DNA of 64,000 bases from Balanoglossus misakiensis (GCA_040954595.2 CM082589.2:6879186-6943185); one strand, 5' to 3'; numbered from the stretch's first letter, positions 15,001 through 29,067 are shown. Program-made: numbers and translations. The notes: generated by a model not told the origin, from the letters alone.

Positions 15001-18000
15001 GATTTTCATGGGCTATAACCCATGGTTTTTATCAAAAAATGACCAAATTTTGAAAATTCGCAAAGTCGAAAAATCGTCGATTTTGGACGATTTTCATGGG
15101 CTATAACCCATGGTTTTTATCAAATAATGACCAAATTTTGAAAATTCGCAAAGTGGAAAAATCGTCGATTTTGGACGATTTTCATGGGCTATAACCCATG
15201 GTTTTTATCAAAAAATGACCAAATTTTGAAAATTCGCAAAGTGGAAAAATCGTCGATTTTGGACGATTTTCATGGCCTATAACCCATGGTTTTTATCAAA
15301 AAATGACCAAATTTTGAAAATTCGCAAAGTGGAAAAATCGTCGATTTTGGACGATTTTCATGGGCTATAACCCATGGTTTTTATCAAAAAATGACCAAAT
15401 TTTGAAAATTCGCAAAGTGGAAAAATCGTCGATTTTGGACGATTTTCATGGGCTATAACCCATGGTTTTTATCAAAAAATGACCAAATTTTGAAAATTCG
15501 CAAAGTGGAAAAATCGTCGATTTTGGACGATTTTCATGGGCTATAACCCATGGTTTTTATCAAAAAATGACCAAATTTTGAAAATTCGCAAAGTGGAAAA
15601 ATCGTCGATTTTGGACGATTTTCATGGGCTATAACCCATGGTTTTTATCAAAAAATGACCATATTTTGAAAATTCGCAAAGTCGAAAAATCGTCGATTTT
15701 GGACGATTTTCATGGGCTATAACCCATGGTTTTTATCAAAAAATGACCAAATTTTGAAAATTCGCAAAGTCGAAAAATCGTCGATTTTGGACGATTTTCA
15801 TGGGCTATAACCCATGGTTTTTATCAAAAAATGACCAAATTTTGAAAATTCGCAAAGTCGAAAAATCGTCGATTTTGTACGATTTTCATGGGCTATAACC
15901 CATGGTTTTTATCAAAAAATGACCAAATTTTGAAAATTCGCAAAGTCGAAAAATCGTCGATTTTGGACGATTTTCATGGGCTATAACCCATGGTTTTTAT
16001 CAAAAAATGACCAAATTTTGAAAATTCGCAAAGTCGAAAAATCGTCGATTTTGGACGATTTTCATGGGCTATAACCCATGGTTTTTATCAAAAAATGACC
16101 AAATTTTGAAAATTCGCAAAGTCGAAAAATCGTCGATTTTGGACGATTTTCATGGGCTATAACCCATGGTTTTTATCAAAAAATGACCAAATTTTGAAAA
16201 TTCGCAAAGTCGAAAAATCGTCGATTTTGGACGATTTTCATGGGCTATAACCCATGGTTTTTATCAAAAAATGACCAAATTTTGAAAATTCGCAAAGTCG
16301 AAAAATCGTCGATTTTGGACGATTTTCATGGGCTATAACCCATGGTTTTTATCAAAAAATGACCAAATTTTGAAAATTCGCAAAGTCGAAAAATCGTCGA
16401 TTTTGGACGATTTTCATGGGCTATAACCCATGGTTTTTATCAAAAAATGACCAAATTTTGAAAATTCGCAAAGTCGAAAAATCGTCGATTTTGGACGATT
16501 TTCATGGGCTATAACCCATGGTTTTTATCAAAAAATGACCAAATTTTGAAAATTCGCAAAGTGGAAAAATCGTCGATTTTGGACGATTTTCATGGGCTAT
16601 AACCCATGGTTTTTATCAAAAAATGACCAAATTTTGAAAATTCGCAAAGTGGAAAAATCGTCGATTTTGGACGATTTTCATGGGCTATAACCCATGGTTT
16701 TTATCAAAAAATGACCAAATTTTGAAAATTCGCAAAGTGGAAAAATCGTCGATTTTGGACGATTTTCATGGGCTATAACCCATGGTTTTTATCAAAAAAT
16801 GACCAAATTTTGAAAATTCGCAAAGTCGAAAAATCGTCGATTTTGGACGATTTTCATGGGCTATAACCCGTGGTTTTTATCAAAAAATGACCAAATTTTG
16901 AAAATTCGCAAAGTCGAAAAATCGTCGATTTTGGACGATTTTCATGGGCTATACCCCATGGTTTTTATCAAAAAATGACCAAATTTTGAAAATTCGCAAA
17001 GTGGAAAAATCGTCGATTTTGGACGATTTTCATGGGCTATACCCCATGGTTTTTATCAAAAAATGACCAAATTTTGAAAATTCGCAAAGTGGAAAAATCG
17101 TCGATTTTGGACGATTTTCATGGGCTATAACCCATGGTTTTTATCAAAAAATGACCAAATTTTGAAAATTCGCAAAGTCGAAAAATCGTCGATTTTGGAC
17201 GATTTTCATGGGCTATAACCCGTGGTTTTTATCAAAAAATGACCAAATTTTGAAAATTCGCAAAGTCTAAAAATCGTCGATTTTGGACGATTTTCATGGG
17301 CTATACCCCATGGTTTTTATCAAAAAATGACCAAATTTTGAAAATTCGCAAAGTGGAAAAATCGTCGATTTTGGACGATTTTCATGGGCAATAACCCATG
17401 GTTTTTTATCAAAAAATGACCAAATTTTGAAAATTCGCAAAGTGGAAAAATCGTCGATTTTGGACGATTTTCATGGGCTATAACCCATGGTTTTTATCAA
17501 AAAATGACCAAATTTTGAAAATTCGCAAAGTGGAAAAATCGTCGATTTTGGACGATTTTCATGGGCTATAACCCATGGTTTTTATCAAAAAATGACCAAA
17601 TTTTGAAAATTCGCAAAGTGGAAAAATCGTCGATTTTGGACGATTTTCATGGGCTATAACCCATGGTTTTTATCAAAAAATGACCAAATTTTGAAAATTC
17701 GCAAAGTCGAAAAATCGTCGATTTTGGACGATTTTCATGGGCTATAACCCATGGTTTTTATCAAAAAATGACCAAATTTTGAAAATTCGCAAAGTCGAAA
17801 AATCGTCGATTTTGGACGATTTTCATGGGCTATAACCCATGGTTTTTATCAAAAAATGACCATATTTTGAAAATTCGCAAAGTCGAAAAATCGTCGATTT
17901 TGGACGATTTTCATGGGCTATAACCCATGGTTTTTATCAAAAAATGACCATATTTTGAAAATTCGCAAAGTCGAAAAATCGTCGATTTTGGACGATTTTC

Positions 18001-21000
18001 ATGGGCTATAACCCATGGTTTTTATCAAAAAATGACCAAATTTTGAAAATTCGCAAAGTGGAAAAATCGTCGATTTTGGACGATTTTCATGGGCTATAAC
18101 CCATGGTTTTTATCAAAAAATGACCAAATTTTGAAAATTCGCAAAGTGGAAAAATCGTCGATTTTGGACGATTTTCATGGGCTATAACCCATGGTTTTTA
18201 TCAAAAAATGACCAAATTTTGAAAATTCGCAAAGTGGAAAAATCGTCGATTTTGGACGATTTTCATGGGCTATAACCCATGGTTTTTATCAAAAAATGAC
18301 CAAATTTTGAAAATTCGCAAAGTGGAAAAATCGTCGATTTTGGACGATTTTCATGGGCTATAACCCATGGTTTTTATCAAAAAATGACCAAATTTTGAAA
18401 ATTCGCAAAGTCGAAAAATCGTCGATTTTGGACGATTTTCATGGGCTATAACCCATGGTTTTTATCAAAAAATGACCAAATTTTGAAAATTCGCAAAGTC
18501 GAAAAATCGTCGATTTTGGACGATTTTCATGGGCTATAACCCATGGTTTTTATCAAAAAATGACCAAATTTTGAAAATTCGCAAAGTCTAAAAATCGTCG
18601 ATTTTGTACGATTTTCATGGGCTATACCCCATGGTTTTTATCAAAAAATGACCAAATTTTGAAAATTCGCAAAGTGGAAAAATCGTCGATTTTGGACGAT
18701 TTTCATGGGCAATAACCCATGGTTTTTATCAAAAAATGACCAAATTTTGAAAATTCGCAAAGTCGAAAAATCGTCGATTTTGGACGATTTTCATGGGCTA
18801 TAACCCATGGTTTTTATCAAAAAATGACCAAATTTTGAAAATTCGCAAAGTGGAAAAATCGTCGATTTTGGACGATTTTCATGGGCTATAACCCATGGTT
18901 TTTATCAAAAAATGACCAAATTTTGAAAATTCGCAAAGTGGAAAAATCGTCGATTTTGGACGATTTTCATGGGCTATAACCCATGGTTTTTATCAAAAAA
19001 TGACCAAATTTTGAAAATTCGCAAAGTCGAAAAATCGTCGATTTTGGACGATTTTCATGGGCTATAACCCATGGTTTTTATCAAAAAATGACCAAATTTT
19101 GAAAATTCGCAAAGTCGAAAAATCGTCGATTTTGGACGATTTTCATGGGCTATAACCCATGGTTTTTATCAAAAAATGACCATATTTTGAAAATTCGCAA
19201 AGTCGAAAAATCGTCGATTTTGGACGATTTTCATGGGCTATAACCCATGGTTTTTATCAAAAAATGACCATATTTTGAAAATTCGCAAAGTCGAAAAATC
19301 GTCGATTTTGGACGATTTTCATGGGCTATAACCCATGGTTTTTATCAAAAAATGACCAAATTTTGAAAATTCGCAAAGTGGAAAAATCGTCGATTTTGGA
19401 CGATTTTCATGGGCTATAACCCATGGTTTTTATCAAAAAATGACCAAATTTTGAAAATTCGCAAAGTCGAAAAATCGTCGATTTTGGACGATTTTCATGG
19501 GCTATAACCCATGGTTTTTATCACAAAATGACCAAATTTTGAAAATTCGCAAAGTCGAAAAATCGTCGATTTTGGACCATTTTCATGGGCTATAACCCAT
19601 GGTTTTTATCAAAAAATGACCAAATTTTGAAAATTCGCAAAGTCGAAAAATCGTCGAATTTGGACGATTTTCATGGGCTATAACCCATGGTTTTTATCAA
19701 AAAATGACCAAATTTTGAAAATTCGCAAAGTCGAAAAATCGTCGAATTTGGACGATTTTCATGGGCTATAACCCATGGTTTTTATCAAAAAATGACCAAA
19801 TTTTGAAAATTCGCAAAGTCGAAAAATCGTCGATTTTGGACGATTTTCATGGGCTATAACCCATGGTTTTTATCAAAAAATGACCAAATTTTGAAAATTC
19901 TCAAAGTCGAAAAATCGTCGATTTTGGACGATTTTCATGGGCTATAACCCATGGTTTTTATCAAAAAATGACCAAATTTTGAAAATTCGCAAAGTCGAAA
20001 AATCGTCGATTTTGGACGATTTTCATGGGCTATAACCCATGGTTTTTATCAAAAAATGACCAAATTTTGAAAATTCGCAAAGTCGAAAAATCGTCGATTT
20101 TGGACGATTTTCATGGGCTATAACCCATGGTTTTTATCAAAAAATGACCAAATTTTGAAAATTCGCAAAGTCGAAAAATCGTCGATTTTGGACGATTTTC
20201 ATGGGCTATAACCCATGGTTTTTATCAAAAAATGACCAAATTTTGAAAATTCGCAAAGTCGAAAAATCGTCGATTTTGGACGATTTTCATGGGCTATACC
20301 CCATGGTTTTTATCAAAAAATGACCAAATTTTGAAAATTCGCAAAGTCGAAAAATCGTCGATTTTGGACGATTTTCATGGCCTATAACCCATGGTTTTTA
20401 TCAAAAAATGACCAAATTTTGAAAATTCGCAAAGTCGAAAAATCGTCGATTTTGGACGATTTTCATGGCCTATAACCCATGGTTTTTATCAATAAATGAC
20501 CAAATTTTGAAAATTCGCAAAGTCGAAAAATCGTCGATTTTGGACGATTTTCATGGGCTATAACCCATGGTTTTTATCAATAAATGACCAAATTTTGAAA
20601 ATTCGCAAAGTCGAAAAATCGTCGATTTTGGACGATTTTCATGGCCTATAACCCATGGTTTTTATCAATAAATGACCAAATTTTGAAAATCCGCAAAGTC
20701 GAAAAATCGTCGATTTTGGACGATTTTCATGGCCTATAACCCATGGTTTTTATCAAAAAATGACCAAATTTTGAAAATTCGCAAAGTCGAAAAATCGTCG
20801 ATTTTGGACGATTTTCATGGCCTATAACCCATGGTTTTTATCAAAAAATGACCAAATTTTGAAAATTCGCAAAGTCGAAAAATCGTCGATTTTGGACGAT
20901 TTTCATGGGCTATAACCCATGGTTTTTATCAAAAAATGACCAAATTTTGAAAATTCGCAAAGTCGAAAAATCGTCGATTTTGGACGATTTTCATGGGCTA

Positions 21001-24000
21001 TAACCCATGGTTTTTATCAAAAAATGACCATATTTTGAAAATTCGCAAAGTCGAAAAATCGTCGATTTTGGACGATTTTCATGGGCTATAACCCATGGTT
21101 TTTATCAAAAAATGACCAAATTTTGAAAATTCGCAAAGTGGAAAAATCGTCGATTTTGGACGATTTTCATGGGCTATAACCCATGGTTTTTATCAAAAAA
21201 TGACCAAATTTTGAAAATTCGCAAAGTGGAAAAATCGTCGATTTTGGACGATTTTCATGGGCTATAACCCATGGTTTTTATCAAAAAATGACCAAATTTT
21301 GAAAATTCGCAAAGTGGAAAAATCGTCGATTTTGGACGATTTTCATGGGCTATAACCCATGGTTTTTATAAAAAAATGACCAAATTTTGAAAATTCGCAA
21401 AGTGGAAAAATCGTCGATTTTGGACGATTTTCATGGGCTATAACCCATGGTTTTTATCAAAAAATGACCAAATTTTGAAAATTCGCAAAGTGGAAAAATC
21501 GTCGATTTTGGACGATTTTCATGGGCTATAACCCATGGTTTTTATCAAAAAATGACCAAATTTTGAAAATTCGCAAAGTCGAAAAATCGTCGATTTTGGA
21601 CGATTTTCATGGGCTATAACCCATGGTTTTTATCAAAAAATGACCAAATTTTGAAAATTCGCAAAGTCGAAAAATCGTCGATTTTGGACGATTTTCATGG
21701 GCTATAACCCATGGTTTTTATCAAAAAATGACCAAATTTTGAAAATTCGCAAAGTCTAAAAATCGTCGATTTTGTACGATTTTCATGGGCTATACCCCAT
21801 GGTTTTTATCAAAAAATGACCAAATTTTGAAAATTCGCAAAGTGGAAATATCGTCGATTTTGGACGATTTTCATGGGCAATAACCCATGGTTTTTATCAA
21901 AAAATGACCAAATTTTGAAAATTCGCAAAGTCGAAAAATCGTCGATTTTGGACGATTTTCATGGGCTATAACCCATGGTTTTTATCAAAAAATGACCAAA
22001 TTTTGAAAATTCGCAAAGTGGAAAAATCGTCGATTTTGGACGATTTTCATGGGCTATAACCCATGGTTTTTATCAAAAAATGACCAAATTTTGAAAATTC
22101 GCAAAGTCGAAAAATCGTCGATTTTGGACGATTTTCATGGGCTATAACCCATGGTTTTTATCAAAAAATGACCAAATTTTGAAAATTCGCAAAGTCGAAA
22201 AATCGTCGATTTTGGACGATTTTCATGGGCTATAACCCATGGTTTTTATCAAAAAATGACCAAATTTTGAAAATTCGCAAAGTCGAAAAATCGTCGATTT
22301 TGGACGATTTTCATGGGCTATAACCCATGGTTTTTATCAAAAAATGACCATATTTTGAAAATTCGCAAAGTCGAAAAATCGTCGATTTTGGACGATTTTC
22401 ATGGGCTATAACCCATGGTTTTTATCAAAAAATGACCAAATTTTGAAAATTCGCAAAGTGGAAAAATCGCCGATTTTGGACGATTTTCATGGGCTATAAC
22501 CCATGGTTTTTATCAAAAAATGACAAAATTTTGAAAATTCGCAAAGTCGAAAAATCGTCGATTTTGGACCATTTTCATGGGCTATAACCCATGGTTTTTA
22601 TCAAAAAATGACCAAATTTTGAAAATTCGCAAAGTCGAAAAATCGTCGAATTTGGACGATTTTCATGGGCTATAACCCATGGTTTTTATCAAAAAATGAC
22701 CAAATTTTAAAAATTCGCAAAGTCGAAAAATCGTCGAATTTGGACGATTTTCATGGGCTATAACCCATGGTTTTTATCAAAAAATGACCATATTTTGAAA
22801 ATTCGCAAAGTGGAAAAATCGTCGATTTTGGACGATTTTCATGGGCTATAACCCATGGTTTTTATCAAAAAATGACCAAATTTTGAAAATTCGCAAAGTG
22901 GAAAAATCGTCGATTTTGGACGATTTTCATGGGCTATAACCCATGGTTTTTATCAAAAAATGACCAAATTTTGAAAATTCGCAAAGTGGAAAAATCGTCG
23001 ATTTTGGACAATTTTCATGGGCTATAACCCATGGTTTTTATCAAAAAATGACCAAATTTTGAAAATTCGCAAAGTGGAAAAATCGTCGATTTTGGACGAT
23101 TTTCATGGGCTATAACCCATGGTTTTTATCAAAAAATGACCAAATTTTGAAAATTCGCAAAGTGGAAAAATCGTCGATTTTGGACGATTTTCATGGGCTA
23201 TAACCCATGGTTTTTATCAAAAAATGACCAAATTTTGAAAATTCGCAAAGTGGAAAAATCGTCGATTTTGGACGATTTTCATGGGCTATAACCCATGGTT
23301 TTTATCAAAAAATGACCAAATTTTGAAAATTCGCAAAGTCGAAAAATCGTCGATTTTGGACGATTTTCATGGGCTATAACCCATGGTTTTTATCAAAAAA
23401 TGACCAAATTTTGAAAATTCGCAAAGTCGAAAAATCGTCGATTTTGGACGATTTTCATGGGCTATAACCCATGGTTTTTATCAAAAAATGACCAAATTTT
23501 GAAAATTCGCAAAGTCTAAAAATCGTCGATTTTGTACGATTTTCATGGGCTATACCCCATGGTTTTTATCAAAAAATGACCAAATTTTGAAAATTCGCAA
23601 AGTGGAAAAATCGTCGATTTTGGACGATTTTCATGGGCAATAACCCATGGTTTTTATCAAAAAATGACCAAATTTTGAAAATTCGCAAAGTCGAAAAATC
23701 GTCGATTTTGGACGATTTTCATGGGCTATAACCCATGGTTTTTATCAAAAAATGACCAAATTTTGAAAATTCGCAAAGTGGAAAAATCGTCGATTTTGGA
23801 CGATTTTCATGGGCTATAACCCATGGTTTTTATCAAAAAATGACCAAATTTTGAAAATTCGCAAAGTGGAAAAATCGTCGATTTTGGACCATTTTCATGG
23901 GCTATAACCCATGGTTTTTATCAAAAAATGACCAAATTTTGAAAATTCGCAAAGTCGAAAAATCGTCGAATTTGGACGATTTTCATGGGCTATAACCCAT

Positions 24001-26510
24001 GGTTTTTATCAAAAAATGACCAAATATTAAAAATTCGCAAAGTCGAAAAATCGTCGAATTTGGACGATTTTCATGGGCTATAACCCATGGTTTTTATCAA
24101 AAAATGACCAAATTTTGAAAATTCGCAAAGTCGAAAAATCGTCGATTTTGGACGATTTTCATGGGCTATAACCCATGGTTTTTATCAAAAAATGACCAAA
24201 TTTTGAAAATTCTCAAAGTCGAAAAATCGTCGATTTTGGACGATTTTCATGGGCTATAACCCATGGTTTTTATCAAAAAATGACCAAATTTTGAAAATTC
24301 GCAAAGTCGAAAAATCGTCGATTTTGGACGATTTTCATGGGCTATAACCCATGGTTTTTATCAAAAAATGACCAAATTTTGAAAATTCGCAAAGTCGAAA
24401 AATCGTCGATTTTGGACGATTTTCATGGGCTATAACCCATGGTTTTTATCAAAAAATGACCAAATTTTGAAAATTCGCAAAGTCGAAAAATCGTCGATTT
24501 TGGACGATTTTCATGGGCTATAACCCATGGTTTTTATCAAAAAATGACCAAATTTTGAAAATTCGCAAAGTCGAAAAATCGTCGATTTTGGACGATTTTC
24601 ATGGGCTATAACCCATGGTTTTTATCAAAAAATGACCAAATTTTGAAAATTCGCAAAGTCGAAAAATCGTCGATTTTGGACGATTTTCATGGGCTATACC
24701 CCATGGTTTTTATCAAAAAATGACCAAATTTTGAAAATTCGCAAAGTCGAAAAATCGTCGATTTTGGACGATTTTCATGGCCTATAACCCATGGTTTTTA
24801 TCAAAAAATGACCAAATTTTGAAAATTCGCAAAGTCGAAAAATCGTCGATTTTGGACGATTTTCATGGCCTATAACCCATGGTTTTTATCAATAAATGAC
24901 CAAATTTTGAAAATTCGCAAAGTCGAAAAATCGTCGATTTTGGACGATTTTCATGGGCTATAACCCATGGTTTTTATCAATAAATGACCAAATTTTGAAA
25001 ATTCGCAAAGTCGAAAAATCGTCGATTTTGGACGATTTTCATGGCCTATAACCCATGGTTTTTATCAATAAATGACCAAATTTTGAAAATTCGCAAAGTC
25101 GAAAAATCGTCGATTTTGGACGATTTTCATGGCCTATAACCCATGGTTTTTATCAAAAAATGACCAAATTTTGAAAATTCGCAAAGTCGAAAAATCGTCG
25201 ATTTTGGACGATTTTCATGGCCTATAACCCATGGTTTTTATCAAAAAATGACCAAATTTTGAAAATTCGCAAAGTCGAAAAATCGTCGATTTTGGACGAT
25301 TTTCATGGGCTATAACCCATGGTTTTTATCAAAAAATGACCAAATTTTGAAAATTCGCAAAGTCGAAAAATCGTCGATTTTGGACGATTTTCATGGCCTA
25401 TAACCCATGGTTTTTATCAAAAAATGACCATATTTTGAAAATTCGCAAAGTCGAACAATCGTCGATTTTGGACGATTTTCATGGCCTATAACCCATGGTT
25501 TTTATCAAAAAATGACCATATTTTGAAAATTCGCAAAGTCGAAAAATCGTCGATTTTGGACGATTTTCATGGGCTATAACCCATGGTTTTTATCAAAAAA
25601 TGACCAAATTTTGAAAATTCGCAAAGTCGAAAAATCGTCGATTTTGGACGATTTTCATGAGCTATAAACCATGGTTTTTATCACAAAATGACCAAATTTT
25701 GAAAATTCGCAAAGTCGAAAAATCGTCGATTTTGGACGATTTTCATGGGCTATAACCCATGGTTTTTATCACAAAATGACCAAATTTTGAAAATTCGCAA
25801 AGTCGAAAAATCGTCGATTTTGGACGATTTTCATGGGCTATAACCCATGGTTTTTATGAAAAAATGACCAAATTTTGAAAATTCGCAAAGTCGAAAAATC
25901 GTCGATTTTGGACGATTTTCATGAGCTATAACCCATGGTTTTTATGAAAAAATGACCAAATTTTGAAAATTCGCAAAGTCGAAAAATCGTCGATTTTGGA
26001 CGATTTTCATGAGCTATAACCCATGGTTTTTATCACAAAATGACCAAATTTTGAAAATTCGCAAAGTCGAAAAATCGTCGATTTTGGACGATTTTCATGA
26101 GCTATAACCCATGGTTTTTATCACAAAATGACCAAATTTTGAAAATTCTCAAAGTCGAAAAATCGTCGATTTTGGACGATTTTCATGAGCTATAACCCAT
26201 AGTTTTTTATCACAAAATGACCAAATTTTGAAAATTCTCAAAGTCGAAAAGTCGTCGATTTTGGATGATTTTCATGAGCCATGGTTTTTATCAAAAAATG
26301 AAGAAATTTTGAAAATTCGCAAAGTCGAAAAATCGTCGATTTTGGAAGATTTTCATGCGCTACAACCCATGGTTTTTTTTTCAAAAAATGAAGAAATTTT
26401 GAAAATTCGCAAAGTCGAAAAATAGTAATTTTTTGATGATTTTCATGAGCTAGGCCTATAACCCATGATTTTTTTTTTTTTAAATGAAGAAATTTTGAAA
26501 ATTCTTAAAG
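1..26510. repeat. 88-bp tandem satellite array, about 300 copies, truncated by the left window edge
   Basis: Consensus aaattcgcaaagt(c/g)gaaaaatcgtcgattttggacgattttcatgggctataacccatggtttttatcaaaaaatgaccaaattttga. The unit recurs at 1 and 89, and lines repeat every 1320 bp (15 x 88). Monomers degrade from about 25650 to 26510. Confidence 0.99.
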
Positions 26511-26943
26511 GAATGGAAGTTGAGTGTGGTTGAACGTTCATTCACTATATATCCACATGTAGAATAACAAACGGTGTCTGGTATCAAATATAATTATTGA
26601 AAAAAGGGCACCGAGAGAGAGACTTTTTCCCTTTAATAATCGAATTATTTTAGTCTTGGCGGGGATCTCACCCGCTGTACAGGCAAACTCCATCTTGAAA
26701 CACGCCACCACGCGGGAGATTTAATAAATCTTTCTCAGTAACCTGTACAGTGCAGTACAGTACAGTACACCCCGACTTCAGCACTCACAAAACTTTCGAT
26801 CCAGTACACGTAATGTTGTACAATATTTTTCGTGCGTTTGTGCATTCGTACATAATTATCACAATCGTAACGCGTACATATTAATCGTGAGAAACTTATC
26901 CTCACCACCGCTTTGCCATAGCCATGATATACTGCGCTCTCAG

Positions 26944-26997
26944 ATTGGCTGTAAAGTCGTCATTTCGATTGTTCGCAAATACGTGCTTTCTGATTGG
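26944..26997 (+). promoter_or_regulatory. Two inverted CCAAT (NF-Y-type) boxes; putative promoter of the + strand transcript
   Basis: GATTGGCT occurs twice (ATTGG at 26944-26948 and 26993-26997) in a locally CpG-rich stretch just upstream of a GTAAGT donor at 27149. Confidence 0.45.
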
Positions 26998-28939
26998 CTG
27001 GAAAAGTTTGTTGTCAAGAGCAACGGGGTTGGTTGTTATGTTGGTTAGTCAAAATGTTACTTTTGTCTACATGCGGCGACGGGTGGCAGCGACAGTGGAG
27101 AGGTCAGCGTCGAATTTATTCATCCATCAACTGAAAATCCCCTTAACTGTAAGTGGAATGACATTATTTACAACATTAACTGGATGTTCATATTTGAAAT
27201 GCGTTTTACAGTCAGAAAAATTCGCATTAGAAGTGTAAAAACGGCGCTGGCGCGTGTCACGTTCGTTGTTTAGATTCTCAGCACTTCTTTCATTTGTTCT
27301 GTTCTGTCAATTTCGATTTTCTTTCGACATTTCCTAACTCCCCTGTTGAATTTGGTTTTTAAAAAATCGTAGAAATAATGCTTTTCAATACAGATGTGAT
27401 ACTCTCGTGGGGAGAATAAATTCTTTCATTCCGCAGGACACTGAAATGAACACCAAAGTTTATTACCCAAAAAGTTGTCAAGTTTAGAAATCACAGTCTG
27501 ACAGAATTCTCAGTGCGGTTGCCACCGTCAAAGCACCAGGCAAAAGACAAAAAGGAAAACACCAGGCAGCTTACGATACAAACCTACAGAAATTACCAAG
27601 TAAAGCTACACGCCCCTGAACCCACCACAGGGATACAACAATCCATGCATCAAATGTACTGCCAGACATACATACAAGTTGTCTGTTACATAGTCCTGGG
27701 GGGTCCATATTCCTCAGTGATTTTCCTGTATCAAGACAATTGGAAATTGTAATATTTTTTTACAATTCTTTAAATGTTTTCTATCACTAAATTCACTGGA
27801 ACAGTTTCTTTAGCTTTCCTCCAGTTCTAAGATAGTTTCAGTAATGAATGAAAAGTGTCAAGTTTCCACTTGTCTTGATATTTATATGAGTAAAGATTGG
27901 AAAGTAAACATTGTCATGAACAGAGGACAAATTCCAACCAATTTAACACTGTAACACAAGCAGATAAAAACCATATGCTATCATGTATTCCAATAAACTA
28001 ATCAAGTGAAAGTGTCTTAATCATTTCACTGGAAATGCTTCTCAGTAGAGCTAGCTTTCTTTAGTAGACATTTTGAATTGAGTACATGTAATTATATGTT
28101 CTCAAATCATTGAGCATTCACTAGTGTTCTGTTTTCTGGTCATGAATATTATTTTGAGTCAACAGCCAACAACAATTGTGAAAATACTGAAGAAGAATTT
28201 GTCCTCTTTTCGACATGTAGACAATTGCCAATGTTTGAGATTGGTACATGCATAAACATGATAAAAATATTCTTGAAAGAAATATTATTTAAATTCTTCC
28301 TGAATGTGTGACTGCTTCAAGAAAGTTTATAGTTTGCTTGATTTTTTTTTTCTTGTAGGAGATAGAAACAAAATCAGAGACATGTATTTATGTACTACAA
28401 AGATTAGCGTTTTCTGAAAATATTTTACGATGATTGATTCTGTCATGCCTTCTAGCAAATACTTTATAATAACAATTTTGAATATTTTAAATATGCTGTG
28501 ATCGATCATGTATTTGAAATTTTGTCAATGCATGTACCAAACCCAAACCTGGTAGTACAAGAGATTTTTTTAGTACACATAGCAACATTCATGCACACTC
28601 GCTTTGTACATGTACACTATGAATGGAGTGATCTCTGTTTTTAATAGTACATTCTTGGGTCAGATTTTTTTGTTTCACACCTTTCCAATCTTTAACACTG
28701 AAGATCACTGAAATGTTTTCAGAAATGGCAAAATTAGTTTTGCCGAAAGGCCCGGGTGGATCCAATATACTCTAACCATTTGGGCCCAAGATTATACTTT
28801 TTCAGGTTCCTCAGGGGGACAGTGTCAGTGAATGGTCTGTTGGCGACCTATCCATCAGAAGACAAATGATGACATCTGACCAGGATTTTCTCAGTCAAGC
28901 TACAGTAGCATTGAACGTAAGTATGTGGTGGTAGTGTAA

Positions 28940-28944
<5 letters not shown>

Positions 28945-28983
<39 letters not shown>
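28945..28983. repeat. (TG)19 microsatellite
   Basis: Read directly from the sequence. Confidence 0.95.
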
Positions 28984-28986
<3 letters not shown>

Positions 28987-29067
28987 GGAGAACTCGAGTC
29001 GTGTGAGGAGGGCTCGCTCAAAACTGTAACATCTCAGCTCGGTGTCTGAACCGCTCTCATTCAGACG

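Noticed and set aside
26228-26425. 65-aa ORF with internal repeats
   Set aside because: It is a translation of decayed satellite monomers opened by small indels, with a non-ATG start.
1-26510. CRISPR array
   Set aside because: Head-to-tail repeats with no unique spacers, no cas genes, and a eukaryotic intron-containing context.
1-26510. CENP-B box in the monomer (TTCG..CG)
   Set aside because: TTCGCAAAGTCGAAA lacks the required A and CGGG of TTCG-N4-A-N2-CGGG on either strand.
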